Part shown: positions 18,058 to 27,188 of the stretch, in pieces
How the letters are laid out: every line of letters starts with the position of its first letter
Position numbering within the stretch: position 1 is the first letter of the stretch
Source: Bdellovibrionaceae bacterium UBA2339
GTDB lineage: Bacteria > Bdellovibrionota > Bdellovibrionia > Bdellovibrionales > JAMPXM01
Assembly (NCBI GenBank): GCA_002344785.1
Contig: DDUL01000006.1
Coordinates: 2,534 to 66,533, forward strand
Length of the DNA stretch: 64,000 nt
Direction of reading: 5' to 3'
Notes under the pieces: generated by a model
The model's database searches: none
Seen by the model: the letters and a program-made list of their open reading frames with translations, nothing else
Told to the model about the DNA's origin: nothing
Position numbers and translations under genes: made by a program

Positions 18058-21000
18058 TTAGAGTGAACCGTCCGGGCTGATCTCCCTGAGATAGAGCGCA
18101 TTCTGACCTCGATAAGTCGTGAACACTCCACCGCAGGTCAGACGCGAAGCCGACGCATTCCAACCCAATGCGTACACCGTCGAGTTAAATCCATTCGCAC
18201 CACTCGCGGGACTGAGTGTGGTGTCGAGACTTCCGTCATCCAAGCGAACTCGCGCCAGCCGGTTGGCCGCCTGTCCACGATAAGTGGTGAACTGCCCGCC
18301 CACGTAGAGATGCGTGCTATCCAAATCCAGCGTCCAGGCCGTCGCGGCCACGCCATTGCCTCCGCTCGCAGGATTGAAAACGAGATCGACACTACCATCA
18401 GAGCGATGAATCTTCGCCACGCGATTCGCCGTAACACCTCGGTAAGTCGTGAAGGCACCGGCCAAATACAACCAGTCACCCGAGCGGCGAATGGCATACA
18501 CGATGCCGTTGGCCCCTGTGGTGACGGAGTGGAAAGTCGCGTCCAGAACTCCGCTCGTCGAATTCACTTTTGCCAGACGAGTCACAGCCGTGCCGCGATA
18601 GTTTCCGAAACTTCCACCGATGTAAAGATCAGCACCATCGAGCCAGAGCGAGTAGACAATGTTGTTCGTGCCATTGCCGCCACTTGCCGGATTGAAACTT
18701 GTATCCAGGACACCTGTCTGCGCATGAACTTTGGCGACACGATTGGCCGTCGCGCTTCTGTAACTGGTGAAATTCCCGCCCACATAGAGGGTCAGGCCGT
18801 CGGCACTCAGCTGCAAGGCCCGAACTTCTCCACTCGTTCCATTGCCTCCGCTCGATGGGTTGAACGTCGTATCAAGCGCCCCTGTACTCAAACTGACTTT
18901 GGCCACGCGATTCGCTACTGACCCACGGTAACTCGTGAACGCGCCTCCTAAGTACACCGCGTCTCCTGAAGCCGAGAGAGCGTAGACGGTGTTATTGGTT
19001 CCATTCGCTCCCGACTGGGGAGAGAAAGTCGTGTCGACGGATCCGTCGGCGGCTAAGCGCGCGATGTTTCGCGCCGTGATCTCAGGTGGACCCGCTGTAA
19101 ACGGGCCACCCACAAAGATCTCGTCGTCCGAGGCCACGCGACTCAAATCCATCGCGTACACCGCATTGTTCACCAAGGTGGCCCCGCTTGCGGGCGAGAT
19201 GTTGAGATCCGCATCGCCCGTCGCCGTGTCGATTCGCGCCAGGTAGCTGGCTGCGGCTCCACGATAGGCGACGAAAGTTCCGCCAATCCAAAGCGAACTT
19301 CCCTCTAAGCCCATAGCGTAAACTCCGCCTGAACTCAGACCGTTGCCTCCGGTCGCGGGATTGAAAGTCGCATCGACGGAGAAGTCCGCGCGTGAGATCT
19401 TCGTCAATCGATTGACCGTGGTGCCTCGATAAGTCGTGAAATCCCCGCCCACAAATAAATGCGTGGCATTGATGGCGAGCGATCGAACGTTATTGTTCAC
19501 GCCATTTCCGCCCGTGCCAGGATTGAAGCTGGTGTCCAATGCACCCGTGATCCCGTCAATCTTCGCCAAGCGATTCGCCACCAAAGTTCGATAGGCGGTG
19601 AAGCTTCCACCGATGTAGACATCACGGCCATCCAACGCAATCGCCAAAACCGTGTTGGCCGCGCCATTGTCACCGCTCTGCGGGCTAATCGTCTGATCAA
19701 GAGCGCCTGTGTCTCGGTGCACTTTGGCGACTCGATTGGCAATCAGACCATGATAGGCCGTAAACGCTCCGCCGAGCCAAATCGAGGTTCCGTCCATAGC
19801 CAAAGTGTTGACTGTACCACCGGCACCATTTGCACCTGTTTGCGGTGAGAACGTGGCATCAATTTGGCCCGTCGCCAGACTAATCTTGGTCACTCGATTG
19901 GCGATCGCACCACGATATCTTGTGAAGGCACCGCCCAACCAAACGCTATCGCCATCGACGAGGATCGCGTTGACGGTGTTATTCGTTCCGTTGGCGAGAT
20001 ATTGCGAATTGAAACTCAAGTTCAAGGACCCATCGGCATTGATCAGCGCGATCCGGTTCGCAATGAGACCTCGGTAGGTTGTAAACGCCCCACCCACTAA
20101 GACTTGTCCACTGCTCAATCTGACAACGGCATTCACCGTGCCGTTGAATCCGCTGCTATACCCGGACTCTATGCGCGACCCATCACTGGGTTTGATTTTC
20201 GCGATATAGCGTGTGGTGTAGCGACTAAAGCCGCTAAACGATCCACCTACCAATTTGCCGCCGTCTGTAAGGTTCAAGACCGACCACACTGTGCCGTGCG
20301 CGAATTGATCCAGCAACAGATCGTAACTCACTTGCGCCGTGATCGTACCAAACAAACCGTCATCCATAGAGAGTTCAACTTCGCGCGTGCCATTCGCGCC
20401 AAAGCTGGTCGCCGCAAATCGATAGGTGCCGTTGGGTTCGCAAACGATCGCCGTCGGACCGCCCACATCACCGGTGTAACTGATGTTGATCAATCTCCCA
20501 GCCTCACATGCGCCAATGATGGGCTGATCAATTTCGGTCGTCACTAAACCATTGGCCGGCGATGTGATCGTCAAAGTCGGCGCCGCAATGTCCACAAGCC
20601 ATCCGGTCGCATGCGGAACCACCACAGTGTTGCCTGCGAAGTCTCGGACTCGCATATGCAAATAGTAAGTTGCGCCAATGCTAAGACTCAAACCCGTTAC
20701 CTGAAAGGGGGACGAGCCCGCTTCGGTCCATGTCACCACATCCGATTGCGCCGCACCTGATGTGCCGGTACCGATCGCGTACTCATAAGTGTCGACACCA
20801 CTTTCATCGTCGACTGCATCCGCATTGAATGTGACCCAAGGTGAGGCCGTCGTCGAATTGTAAGTCGCCGGGTAGCTTGCGCCAACAGTCCAAGTCGGAG
20901 CCAACGTGTCGTGCCAAATGTCGTCCGACACGCAAGCCGACTCATTTAGAGCTGCGTTCCTAAACTTCACATAGACTTCATTGAGCGAATTCGTCGAAGG

Positions 21001-23592
21001 CAAGGTCCACGCACGCGAAGTTGCATAAGCCTGCCAAGTTCCGCCGCCGCCACAACCCGCGGTGTTGGTCACATACATCTGCGTGGCACCGGACGCCGCA
21101 AGTGTGAGCGTGACGGAAGTGCTCGTCACCGCCTCAGCTCCCGCGGCAATCGAAAGACTCACGCTCGTCGGCACGGCCGTGTCCTTCACGAAACTTCGCG
21201 ACGCGCTTCCCACGTTGCCGACTAAGTCCGTTTGCGAAGCGGTGAGCGAAACCGTGCCATCTGCAACGCCGGAGAGATCCAGTACAACACTATAGCTTCC
21301 CGAACTACAGGTCGTCGTCGCGCTGATGGCGCCGCTGATCGCGACACTGCTGCCCGATTCACTGCATGTTCCGGCCAAAGTAAATGCCGAGGCCAATGCA
21401 ACGTTGATCGTACTGCCCGCGGCCGGCGAAGCGATGGAGAGCGTGGGGGCAACCGTGTCCTTGGTGAATGCGCGCGTTGTGGAACTTGAATTGCCAGCAT
21501 CATCCGTCTGCGAAAGCGTTAAACTCACGTTGCCATCGGCGACACTCGTAAGATCCAAAGTCGAGCTCATCGTGCCGCCAATGCAAAGCGCCGAGGTCGA
21601 GAGCGCACCTGAGACACTCACGCTCAGACCAGCTTCGCAACTGGCCTCGACGGCAAATGCCGCCGCCTCGCTCGCGTCCATGGCGGTTCCCGCCAGCGGT
21701 GAAGTCCAAGCCAACGAAGGCGCGAGCGTGTCTTTCGAGTAAGTGCGGGACACACTCGTTGAGTTCCCAGCGGCATCCGCATGCGCAACGTTCACCGTCA
21801 CGCTGCCATCCGCTGATCCTGACAAATCAAGATTGGCCGACCAAGCCCCGCTCATGCAGGTGACACTGCCCGAGGCCGCGCCCGAGAAGCTCACATCACG
21901 ACCGTTTTCCGAACAGCTTCCGCTCATGATCCAGTTCGATGCATTGGCGGAATTGATCCAAGCGCTCGCTAAGGGTGCCGCGATCGAGAGTGTCGGCGCG
22001 CTGACATCCTTGTTGAAGCTGCGACTCGCACTGCCGCTATTCCCTGCAACATCCGACTGCGTGAAGTTCAACGTCACATTGCCATCGCTCACCGAGGTGA
22101 GATTCAGATCCACCGACCAAGTTCCCGAATTACAAGTCGTCGACGAAGTCACCGCACCCGTCACACTCACGCTGCGCCCGGACTCCGAGCAGGTGCCACT
22201 GACAGTGAAAGCCGCCACGTTCGATGGCGTGATCCAAGATCCAGAGGCTGGCGAACCCACCGCCAACGTCGGCAGCACGGTGTCCTTTGTGAAATTGCGA
22301 CTGACGGGATCTGCCGCTCCACCCGATGCATAGCTGTGATTCACAGTCAGTGAAATCAGGCCGTCGCTCACGCCACTGAGGTTCAGAGAACTCGACCACT
22401 GCCCTGATGAACAAGTCGCTGAAGCCGACACGGCACCCGAGATCAACACCGGCTGACCTTCGGCACCACAATCACCGCCGACCGTCCACGCGGTGGCATT
22501 GGTCGCGTTCACGTAAGTTCCGGCTGAAGGCAAAGTGAACGTCAGCACAGGCTGAGCTTGATGAACAAAATTTCGTGTCGCCGTCGCCGACGAGTTCCCC
22601 GCCGCATCCTGCTGAATCGCCGAAATGCTCACGCTGCCGTTCGGTGCTGAACTAAAATCCAAATTCAACGACCAGCTTCCGCTTGAGCAAGTCGCCGTTC
22701 CCGCCGCGTCGCCTGTGATCACCACAGTTCCATCTTCCGAACACGTGCCACCGACCGCAAAAGCCGCGTGCTGAGTTTGGTCGATCACAGTTCCTGCGGC
22801 TGGCGAAGTGATCGCCACCGTCGGCGCGACCGTATCCTTTTGCAGTTCGCGCGTGATCACACTCGCGGCATTCCCCGCCGCATCGACATGACGAAACTCC
22901 AAATTCACCGCGCCGTCCGTCGCCGACGAAACATCGACAGCCCAAGTGAAACTTCCCGAGTTGCAAGGCACTGAGCTTGATCCCTGCGGACCTACCACAC
23001 TGACGTAGCGTCCGCTTTCGCTACAAGTTCCACTCACCGCCAAGGCCGTCGCATTTCCCGAGTTCACCCAAGACGATTGCACCGGCGTGCTGACACTCAA
23101 CGTGGGCGCGATGTTGTCGTGAGTGATGTTCACCGACAGACAATCTGAAGTCGGTCCACCAAAGCCACCGTTGCGAAACTGCGCGTAGAGGGTGTTCACC
23201 GCGTTGGCTTGCGTGAGCGTGTACTCAAAGGGCGATCGAATTTGTTGCCAAAGCCCCCCGCGCGTACATCCAGGGATCGTGGTCACGTACATCTCGGTCA
23301 TGTTGGCACCGGTGATTTGCACCAGCACGTTCAAACTCTGCGTGTAGTAAACACCTTGCTCGAGTTTGCCGTTTTCAAGTTTGACGTTGGCGCGAAACGG
23401 AGCGGGCAAGGCCGGACCGTCTTGAGGCGCTTCTTCCTCTTGGTAACAGCCGGTCAAAGAAGCCAAGAAAAGCAGGCCGAGCCAAAGGGCGCGCGCGTGA
23501 AGAGAAAATAATGGGCAAATTGGGCGGCGGATGGCGCAAGCCAAAGCCTGGGAAGCTGTCGTGAAATCGAAAAACGGACCGCGTGACGACAT
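18058..23592 (-). CDS. giant surface lipoprotein/adhesin: Ig-like repeat array plus FN3-like module plus delta-60-repeat beta-propeller region
   Basis: 1844-aa uninterrupted ORF with lipobox LASLTG|C at aa 43-49. Seven tandem modules of about 92 aa have a conserved pattern (SP..G.W.N..N...F.VSGTCSE.G..V.V.GA......C.SG.WS..L.LS...DG.V.......D.AGN......R.F.KDT.AP). About 14 C-terminal units of about 52 aa match the delta-60 repeat pattern (G.NG.V.A......(L/V)(Y/W).GG.FT.YRG..ANR.AK......G.LD..F.P). Confidence 0.85.
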   Translation of the reverse strand: MSSRGPFFDFTTASQALACAIRRPICPLFSLHARALWLGLLFLASLTGCYQEEEAPQDGPALPAPFRANVKLENGKLEQGVYYTQSLNVLVQITGANMTEMYVTTIPGCTRGGLWQQIRSPFEYTLTQANAVNTLYAQFRNGGFGGPTSDCLSVNITHDNIAPTLSVSTPVQSSWVNSGNATALAVSGTCSESGRYVSVVGPQGSSSVPCNSGSFTWAVDVSSATDGAVNLEFRHVDAAGNAASVITRELQKDTVAPTVAITSPAAGTVIDQTQHAAFAVGGTCSEDGTVVITGDAAGTATCSSGSWSLNLDFSSAPNGSVSISAIQQDAAGNSSATATRNFVHQAQPVLTFTLPSAGTYVNATNATAWTVGGDCGAEGQPVLISGAVSASATCSSGQWSSSLNLSGVSDGLISLTVNHSYASGGAADPVSRNFTKDTVLPTLAVGSPASGSWITPSNVAAFTVSGTCSESGRSVSVTGAVTSSTTCNSGTWSVDLNLTSVSDGNVTLNFTQSDVAGNSGSASRSFNKDVSAPTLSIAAPLASAWINSANASNWIMSGSCSENGRDVSFSGAASGSVTCMSGAWSANLDLSGSADGSVTVNVAHADAAGNSTSVSRTYSKDTLAPSLAWTSPLAGTAMDASEAAAFAVEASCEAGLSVSVSGALSTSALCIGGTMSSTLDLTSVADGNVSLTLSQTDDAGNSSSTTRAFTKDTVAPTLSIASPAAGSTINVALASAFTLAGTCSESGSSVAISGAISATTTCSSGSYSVVLDLSGVADGTVSLTASQTDLVGNVGSASRSFVKDTAVPTSVSLSIAAGAEAVTSTSVTLTLAASGATQMYVTNTAGCGGGGTWQAYATSRAWTLPSTNSLNEVYVKFRNAALNESACVSDDIWHDTLAPTWTVGASYPATYNSTTASPWVTFNADAVDDESGVDTYEYAIGTGTSGAAQSDVVTWTEAGSSPFQVTGLSLSIGATYYLHMRVRDFAGNTVVVPHATGWLVDIAAPTLTITSPANGLVTTEIDQPIIGACEAGRLINISYTGDVGGPTAIVCEPNGTYRFAATSFGANGTREVELSMDDGLFGTITAQVSYDLLLDQFAHGTVWSVLNLTDGGKLVGGSFSGFSRYTTRYIAKIKPSDGSRIESGYSSGFNGTVNAVVRLSSGQVLVGGAFTTYRGLIANRIALINADGSLNLSFNSQYLANGTNNTVNAILVDGDSVWLGGAFTRYRGAIANRVTKISLATGQIDATFSPQTGANGAGGTVNTLAMDGTSIWLGGAFTAYHGLIANRVAKVHRDTGALDQTISPQSGDNGAANTVLAIALDGRDVYIGGSFTAYRTLVANRLAKIDGITGALDTSFNPGTGGNGVNNNVRSLAINATHLFVGGDFTTYRGTTVNRLTKISRADFSVDATFNPATGGNGLSSGGVYAMGLEGSSLWIGGTFVAYRGAAASYLARIDTATGDADLNISPASGATLVNNAVYAMDLSRVASDDEIFVGGPFTAGPPEITARNIARLAADGSVDTTFSPQSGANGTNNTVYALSASGDAVYLGGAFTSYRGSVANRVAKVSLSTGALDTTFNPSSGGNGTSGEVRALQLSADGLTLYVGGNFTSYRSATANRVAKVHAQTGVLDTSFNPASGGNGTNNIVYSLWLDGADLYIGGSFGNYRGTAVTRLAKVNSTSGVLDATFHSVTTGANGIVYAIRRSGDWLYLAGAFTTYRGVTANRVAKIHRSDGSVDLVFNPASGGNGVAATAWTLDLDSTHLYVGGQFTTYRGQAANRLARVRLDDGSLDTTLSPASGANGFNSTVYALGWNASASRLTCGGVFTTYRGQNALYLREISPDGSL
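18061..20295 (-). repeat. intragenic tandem array: about 14 delta-60-type repeats of about 156 bp (aa about 1100-1844)
   Basis: Recurring GGxFTxYRGxxANR(V/L)AK(I/V)...G(A/V)LDxxFNPxxGGNG in the translated ORF. Confidence 0.8.
21175..23115 (-). repeat. intragenic tandem array: 7 Ig-like modules of about 276 bp (aa about 160-806 of the adhesin)
   Basis: Periodic recurrence of KDT(V/L)APT(L/V)...SGTCSE...DGxV...AGN in the translated ORF. The array is flanked on both sides by a related module of about 78 aa (..MYVT....GC..GG.WQ... at aa about 84-160 and about 822-900). Confidence 0.8.
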
Positions 23593-23957
23593 TACAAATA
23601 TCTTATCAGCGTTTGATGAAGATTTATTTAATAAAACTGAGTCATTTCATGCACTTGTGCCACTTTGAGACGCTTTTATCCGAAGCCATCGACCGCCTCG
23701 CCTGGCCGATCAACCTCGAGCCCCCCGAAGCCGGGGTTTTGCATCGAAATGAAACAGTCTTCCGCCCCATTGCGAGATTTTCTTTTCAGCGCCCACGGCC
23801 CTGTGTTAAGACCTCGAGTTCGTTTGAATTGCTGCAAAAGCTGCCTTTGCGCGTTGGACATCAAAACTCGCATGACAAAGTGGGCAATGCAGCCGACTAA
23901 CTCAGTCGAGAGCTTGGCCGAGAGCCAAGTTTGAGACGAAAAATTTCGGAGAGTCTC

Positions 23958-24137
23958 ATGGCAAAGAAGGGCAAAGTTCGAATCATCACGCTGGAGTGCA
24001 CTGAGGCCCGCAAAGAAGGCAAATCGCCCAGCCGTTACACCACAAAGAAGAACACGCAGACTCACCCGGAGCGTCTCGAAAAGAAGAAGTACAATCCGAG
24101 CTTGCGTCGTCACACCATGCATCGCGAATTGAAGTGA
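23958..24137 (+). CDS. rpmG: 50S ribosomal protein L33
   Basis: 59 aa: [59 protein letters not shown]. Start at ATG 23958, internal to ORF-track entry 23931. Confidence 0.95.
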   Translation: MAKKGKVRIITLECTEARKEGKSPSRYTTKKNTQTHPERLEKKKYNPSLRRHTMHRELK

Positions 24138-24177
24138 TGTGAATCGCTGAGAGCCAAAAACTCAGCGGACGCGTTTC

Positions 24178-24211
24178 AAAAATCCCAGCCACAGCGGCTG
24201 GGATTTTTTTT
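24178..24211. terminator. bidirectional rho-independent terminator between rpmG (+) and the methyltransferase gene (-)
   Basis: Perfect 9-bp stem ATCCCAGCC / GGCTGGGAT (24182-24190 / 24196-24204) with a 5-nt loop. It is flanked by an A-run upstream and a T8 run downstream. Confidence 0.85.
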
Positions 24212-24226
24212 GGAGTTCGCACCTCT

Positions 24227-25345
24227 CTAGGGTTTTCGGGCCACGCAAAGCTTCGCAAAGAATCCCGTGCCCGACTCAGAGTCCTGCACTTCAAAGCCTG
24301 CCTCGGCGACAAGCTTCGCCAATGGTTCAGCCAAGTAGCTCTTGTAGAATGGCTCGTGATACTGGATCGGAAATTCGTCGAGCGCTTGTTGAAGTTCGGG
24401 CCGATCTCCCGTTTGCAAGCTATCGACGATGGCTAAGACGCCTCCGCTTCGCAATACGCGATAGGCTTCAGACAAAACGCGACGTCGTTCCTCCAAGGGC
24501 AATTCATGAAAGAGAAAGACCGAGGCCACGGCATCGAAGCTGGCGTCGCGAAACGGAGTCGCTGCCGCATCGGCCTGCACATAATCAATCCCATCAAAGT
24601 TTTGCCAAGGCAGATCCTTCAAGTTCTGAGCAGCGACACGCAAATACGGCGAACTCAAATCCAGTGCCGTCAGCTGAGCCTGCGGCAAAGCCATGCGCAA
24701 AAAGCGCGTGCTGCGTCCCGTTCCCGCGCCAAGTTCTAGAACTCGCGTCGGCTTGGCGCGCACAAGCGGCGGCAACAGCAGTCTGCGCATGGCATCCGCC
24801 GCCCCAGCGAACAAGACCTCCACTTGGTGATCGTAAAGTTCAGCGGACTCGCGCGACAAATATCCATCGATTTGAAAATGGAAATTTCGACGATAGTACT
24901 CAGGCACATTCTCGGCCAGAGCTTGTGCTGCGGGAGAAAAGGCTTTCGATTCGCGCTGATGCTTCTGACGTCGACTCTTGAATCCGGTCCAAAACAGTTT
25001 CGGCATTCGCGCCAAGTGCGAACGCGGGCTTTCAGGAAGTAACACCTGCCACGGATAGACTTGCTCGCGAATATTTTGAAGATCCTTTTCGAGAAGCTCC
25101 ACCAGCGCTCGGCGAGCCGCGCGAAACAATTCGGGTCGATCCGTCGGTAGCGGAGGTCGCTGGCCAGATGCCAAGAATTCCACAATCGGTAAAAAGCCGC
25201 CTTCGAGGGTGAAAACCAGAGATCGGCCATGCGCCCATGCACGAAGCGCTTGTCCCCAGCCTGCCTGCAAATTTTCACGAAGTTGAGGCGTCGCCTCGCC
25301 GCTCAGCCACTTTCGAGCCCGCGCCTGTGTTTCCACTTTTGGCAT
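24227..25345 (-). CDS. class I SAM-dependent methyltransferase
   Basis: 372 aa. SAM motif I VLELGAGTGRSTRFL, post-I LDLS, and motif LRSGGVLAIVD. The N-terminal roughly 190 aa is helical with YYRRNFHFQIDGYLS. Confidence 0.85.
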   Translation of the reverse strand: MPKVETQARARKWLSGEATPQLRENLQAGWGQALRAWAHGRSLVFTLEGGFLPIVEFLASGQRPPLPTDRPELFRAARRALVELLEKDLQNIREQVYPWQVLLPESPRSHLARMPKLFWTGFKSRRQKHQRESKAFSPAAQALAENVPEYYRRNFHFQIDGYLSRESAELYDHQVEVLFAGAADAMRRLLLPPLVRAKPTRVLELGAGTGRSTRFLRMALPQAQLTALDLSSPYLRVAAQNLKDLPWQNFDGIDYVQADAAATPFRDASFDAVASVFLFHELPLEERRRVLSEAYRVLRSGGVLAIVDSLQTGDRPELQQALDEFPIQYHEPFYKSYLAEPLAKLVAEAGFEVQDSESGTGFFAKLCVARKP

Positions 25346-25509
25346 TTGCGCCCTCCCTTTGAAGCACCTTGAAAGCCCTCAATAGCTCCTGGATGTTGAT
25401 TTTATCCGAGTTCGCGGCCCTCGACCAAAACTTCAACCCGAGGTGACTTTTTCGTAAAGTTTTGCTGAACTTGGAGGCGGGACCTCAAGTCCATCCTGAG
25501 GAGGATCAA

Positions 25510-26181
25510 ATGTCGAAATGTCGCTTGGCCGCGATGGCCCTCGCTTCGATTTCCATAGGTTTAGTGGCCGGTCCGCTCACGGCCAATGCAGCAACGCCAA
25601 GTGCTGCGGCTAAGCCAGCTCTGAAAACGGGTCTTGATGCTCAGATTCCTCAGGGAGTCGCCGCCACGGGTCGCCCAACTTCTCCCTTTTCGTGCGCGGA
25701 TGTTCGCCGAGCTGCGATGCGACTCTCCGCCCACGCGACGAACTTGGCCAATCGGAACACCACTCGGACACCCACGGGCGGCCCCTACAAGCGCCTGGAG
25801 GTCAGCTGCGCCGTGGCCGGTGGCGCCTTCTGCAGCGTGGAACAAAAAAGCGAACTTCGCGTGGCCTATGACCCCAAACACCCTGACGCGGATGGCACGG
25901 GCTATGTTCGCTTCCCTGTCGTGAACGTCGGAACTGAATTCGCGGGCGTCAACTCCGCAGCCACCGAACTGAAGCTGCTCTCCAGTCAAAATGTTTGCGG
26001 CACCGCGAGCATCTCACAAGGCAATGGCGTGTTGATCCGCTACCTGCCCGACTTCGATGTGATCAGCGACACCATCGCCTTTGGGGCCGATGGCAAAATC
26101 GTTTCGTGGACGCGCCTGAACAAGGACGGAAAAATCACGAACATGGCTTTCAACGCCGACGGCAGCATCTCGGGGTTTTAA
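25510..26181 (+). CDS. secreted FlgC-like (flagellar rod protein-like) domain protein
   Basis: ATG 25510 lies 6 nt after GAGGAGGA. Sec-type signal MSKCRLAAMALASISIGLVAGPLTANA|A. The core carries RLSAHATNLANRNTTRTPTGGPYKR and YDPKHPDADGTGYVRFPVVNVGTEF, matching FlgC-type rod-protein motifs. This is followed by a non-FlgC tail of about 55 aa. Confidence 0.6.
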   Translation: MSKCRLAAMALASISIGLVAGPLTANAATPSAAAKPALKTGLDAQIPQGVAATGRPTSPFSCADVRRAAMRLSAHATNLANRNTTRTPTGGPYKRLEVSCAVAGGAFCSVEQKSELRVAYDPKHPDADGTGYVRFPVVNVGTEFAGVNSAATELKLLSSQNVCGTASISQGNGVLIRYLPDFDVISDTIAFGADGKIVSWTRLNKDGKITNMAFNADGSISGF

Positions 26182-26226
26182 TTTTTGCGACCGAAGAATT
26201 GTGGCTCATGAGTCACAACTTCGGCG

Positions 26227-27051
26227 TCAAAAACGATACGCGACACTGAAGCGCCCCAGCGTCCAACGTGGAAATAGTCTCACCACGCGAATCGCTTGTT
26301 CGACGGACTCGCGATCCTCGCGATCCGTCACGGCGTCTAGAAATGGCGCCGAATTCTTCGTGGTGATCAGCGGCTGAGCCCAACTGAAAAGATCAACGCC
26401 CCAACCCCAATGTGCCTGCTGCAAATTTCCCCAAAGTCGGCGATAGCCGATGCTTCCCACAACTCCCAGGGTCTGCAAATCCACCACATCAAGGCTCGGA
26501 TACACTCCACCGCTCAGTCGACTCAGCAGCGCATCGCCAAGGCGAATTTGAAAGCTGTTAAGGCTCAAGCCCCAGCGAAAATTCCAACCTTGAAGCGCAT
26601 TCGCCGATTCACCAATCGGACTGATGAAGTTCAGCTGCAGACGCTTTTCCGACATCGAACCCAAATCTTTCAAAATCCAAGGAACACTCACGCTGGCGCT
26701 GGCGTAATCCAACTCGACAGTTTCCCCCAGGACTTGCCCCTGCACGGCGACGCCCCACTTGCTCGGCAACAGCAGATCCAATGGAGCATACTGCAGGCGT
26801 ACAGCGCGCATAGATTCCATTTTGTTCGAGGCCACAGGCGGCTGAGAGGACGTGTCCACCGCCTCGCTTGCGGGCTCAGATTGCGCCGCCCCCGCCACAG
26901 TTACCAAACTCAGCGCCGAAGCAGTGAGCATCGCCATCATCACCAAGGCGAAGAACTGCTCGCCGCTTCTCAGGTATCGATTTGGGCTTCGATCATGGTT
27001 TTGAATTTTTCGAAGTTGTGTTTGTTGTCGCATGAGCTGGGATGAGGTCAT
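26227..27051 (-). CDS. hypothetical secreted protein, probable small outer-membrane beta-barrel
   Basis: 274 aa. Signal or anchor FFALVMMAMLTASALSLVTVAGAAQ. Alternating hydrophobic pattern and a C-terminal OMP-type signature ...FSVAYRF (terminal Phe). Confidence 0.5.
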   Translation of the reverse strand: MTSSQLMRQQTQLRKIQNHDRSPNRYLRSGEQFFALVMMAMLTASALSLVTVAGAAQSEPASEAVDTSSQPPVASNKMESMRAVRLQYAPLDLLLPSKWGVAVQGQVLGETVELDYASASVSVPWILKDLGSMSEKRLQLNFISPIGESANALQGWNFRWGLSLNSFQIRLGDALLSRLSGGVYPSLDVVDLQTLGVVGSIGYRRLWGNLQQAHWGWGVDLFSWAQPLITTKNSAPFLDAVTDREDRESVEQAIRVVRLFPRWTLGRFSVAYRF

Positions 27052-27188
27052 CGAGTGGGGCTCCTCCGTTGAGTCAGGAGAAGCTCTCAGGTCACAGCAC
27101 CAACTGGCAACCTCTTCTCAAAGCGTCAGGCCGCCCTCAGGCGGCCCGCTCAGAAACCCAAACTCTCATCTCGAGAATGCGAACTCGC

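Noticed and set aside
23721-23740. Short GC hairpin plus TTTT (CCCCG-aagc-CGGGG-tttt) in the 365-bp region upstream of rpmG, as a possible leader attenuator or sRNA terminator
   Set aside because: The stem is only 5 bp, and I recognise no conserved r-protein leader. The evidence is insufficient for an RNA feature.
26183-26229. Long imperfect hairpin (CCGAAG...CTCATGAG...CTTCGG) between the FlgC-like gene and the convergent OMP-like gene, as an intrinsic terminator
   Set aside because: The stem is real, but the T-runs are on the wrong side of the stem for both strands, and it overlaps the minus-strand stop codon. I therefore do not call it a canonical terminator.
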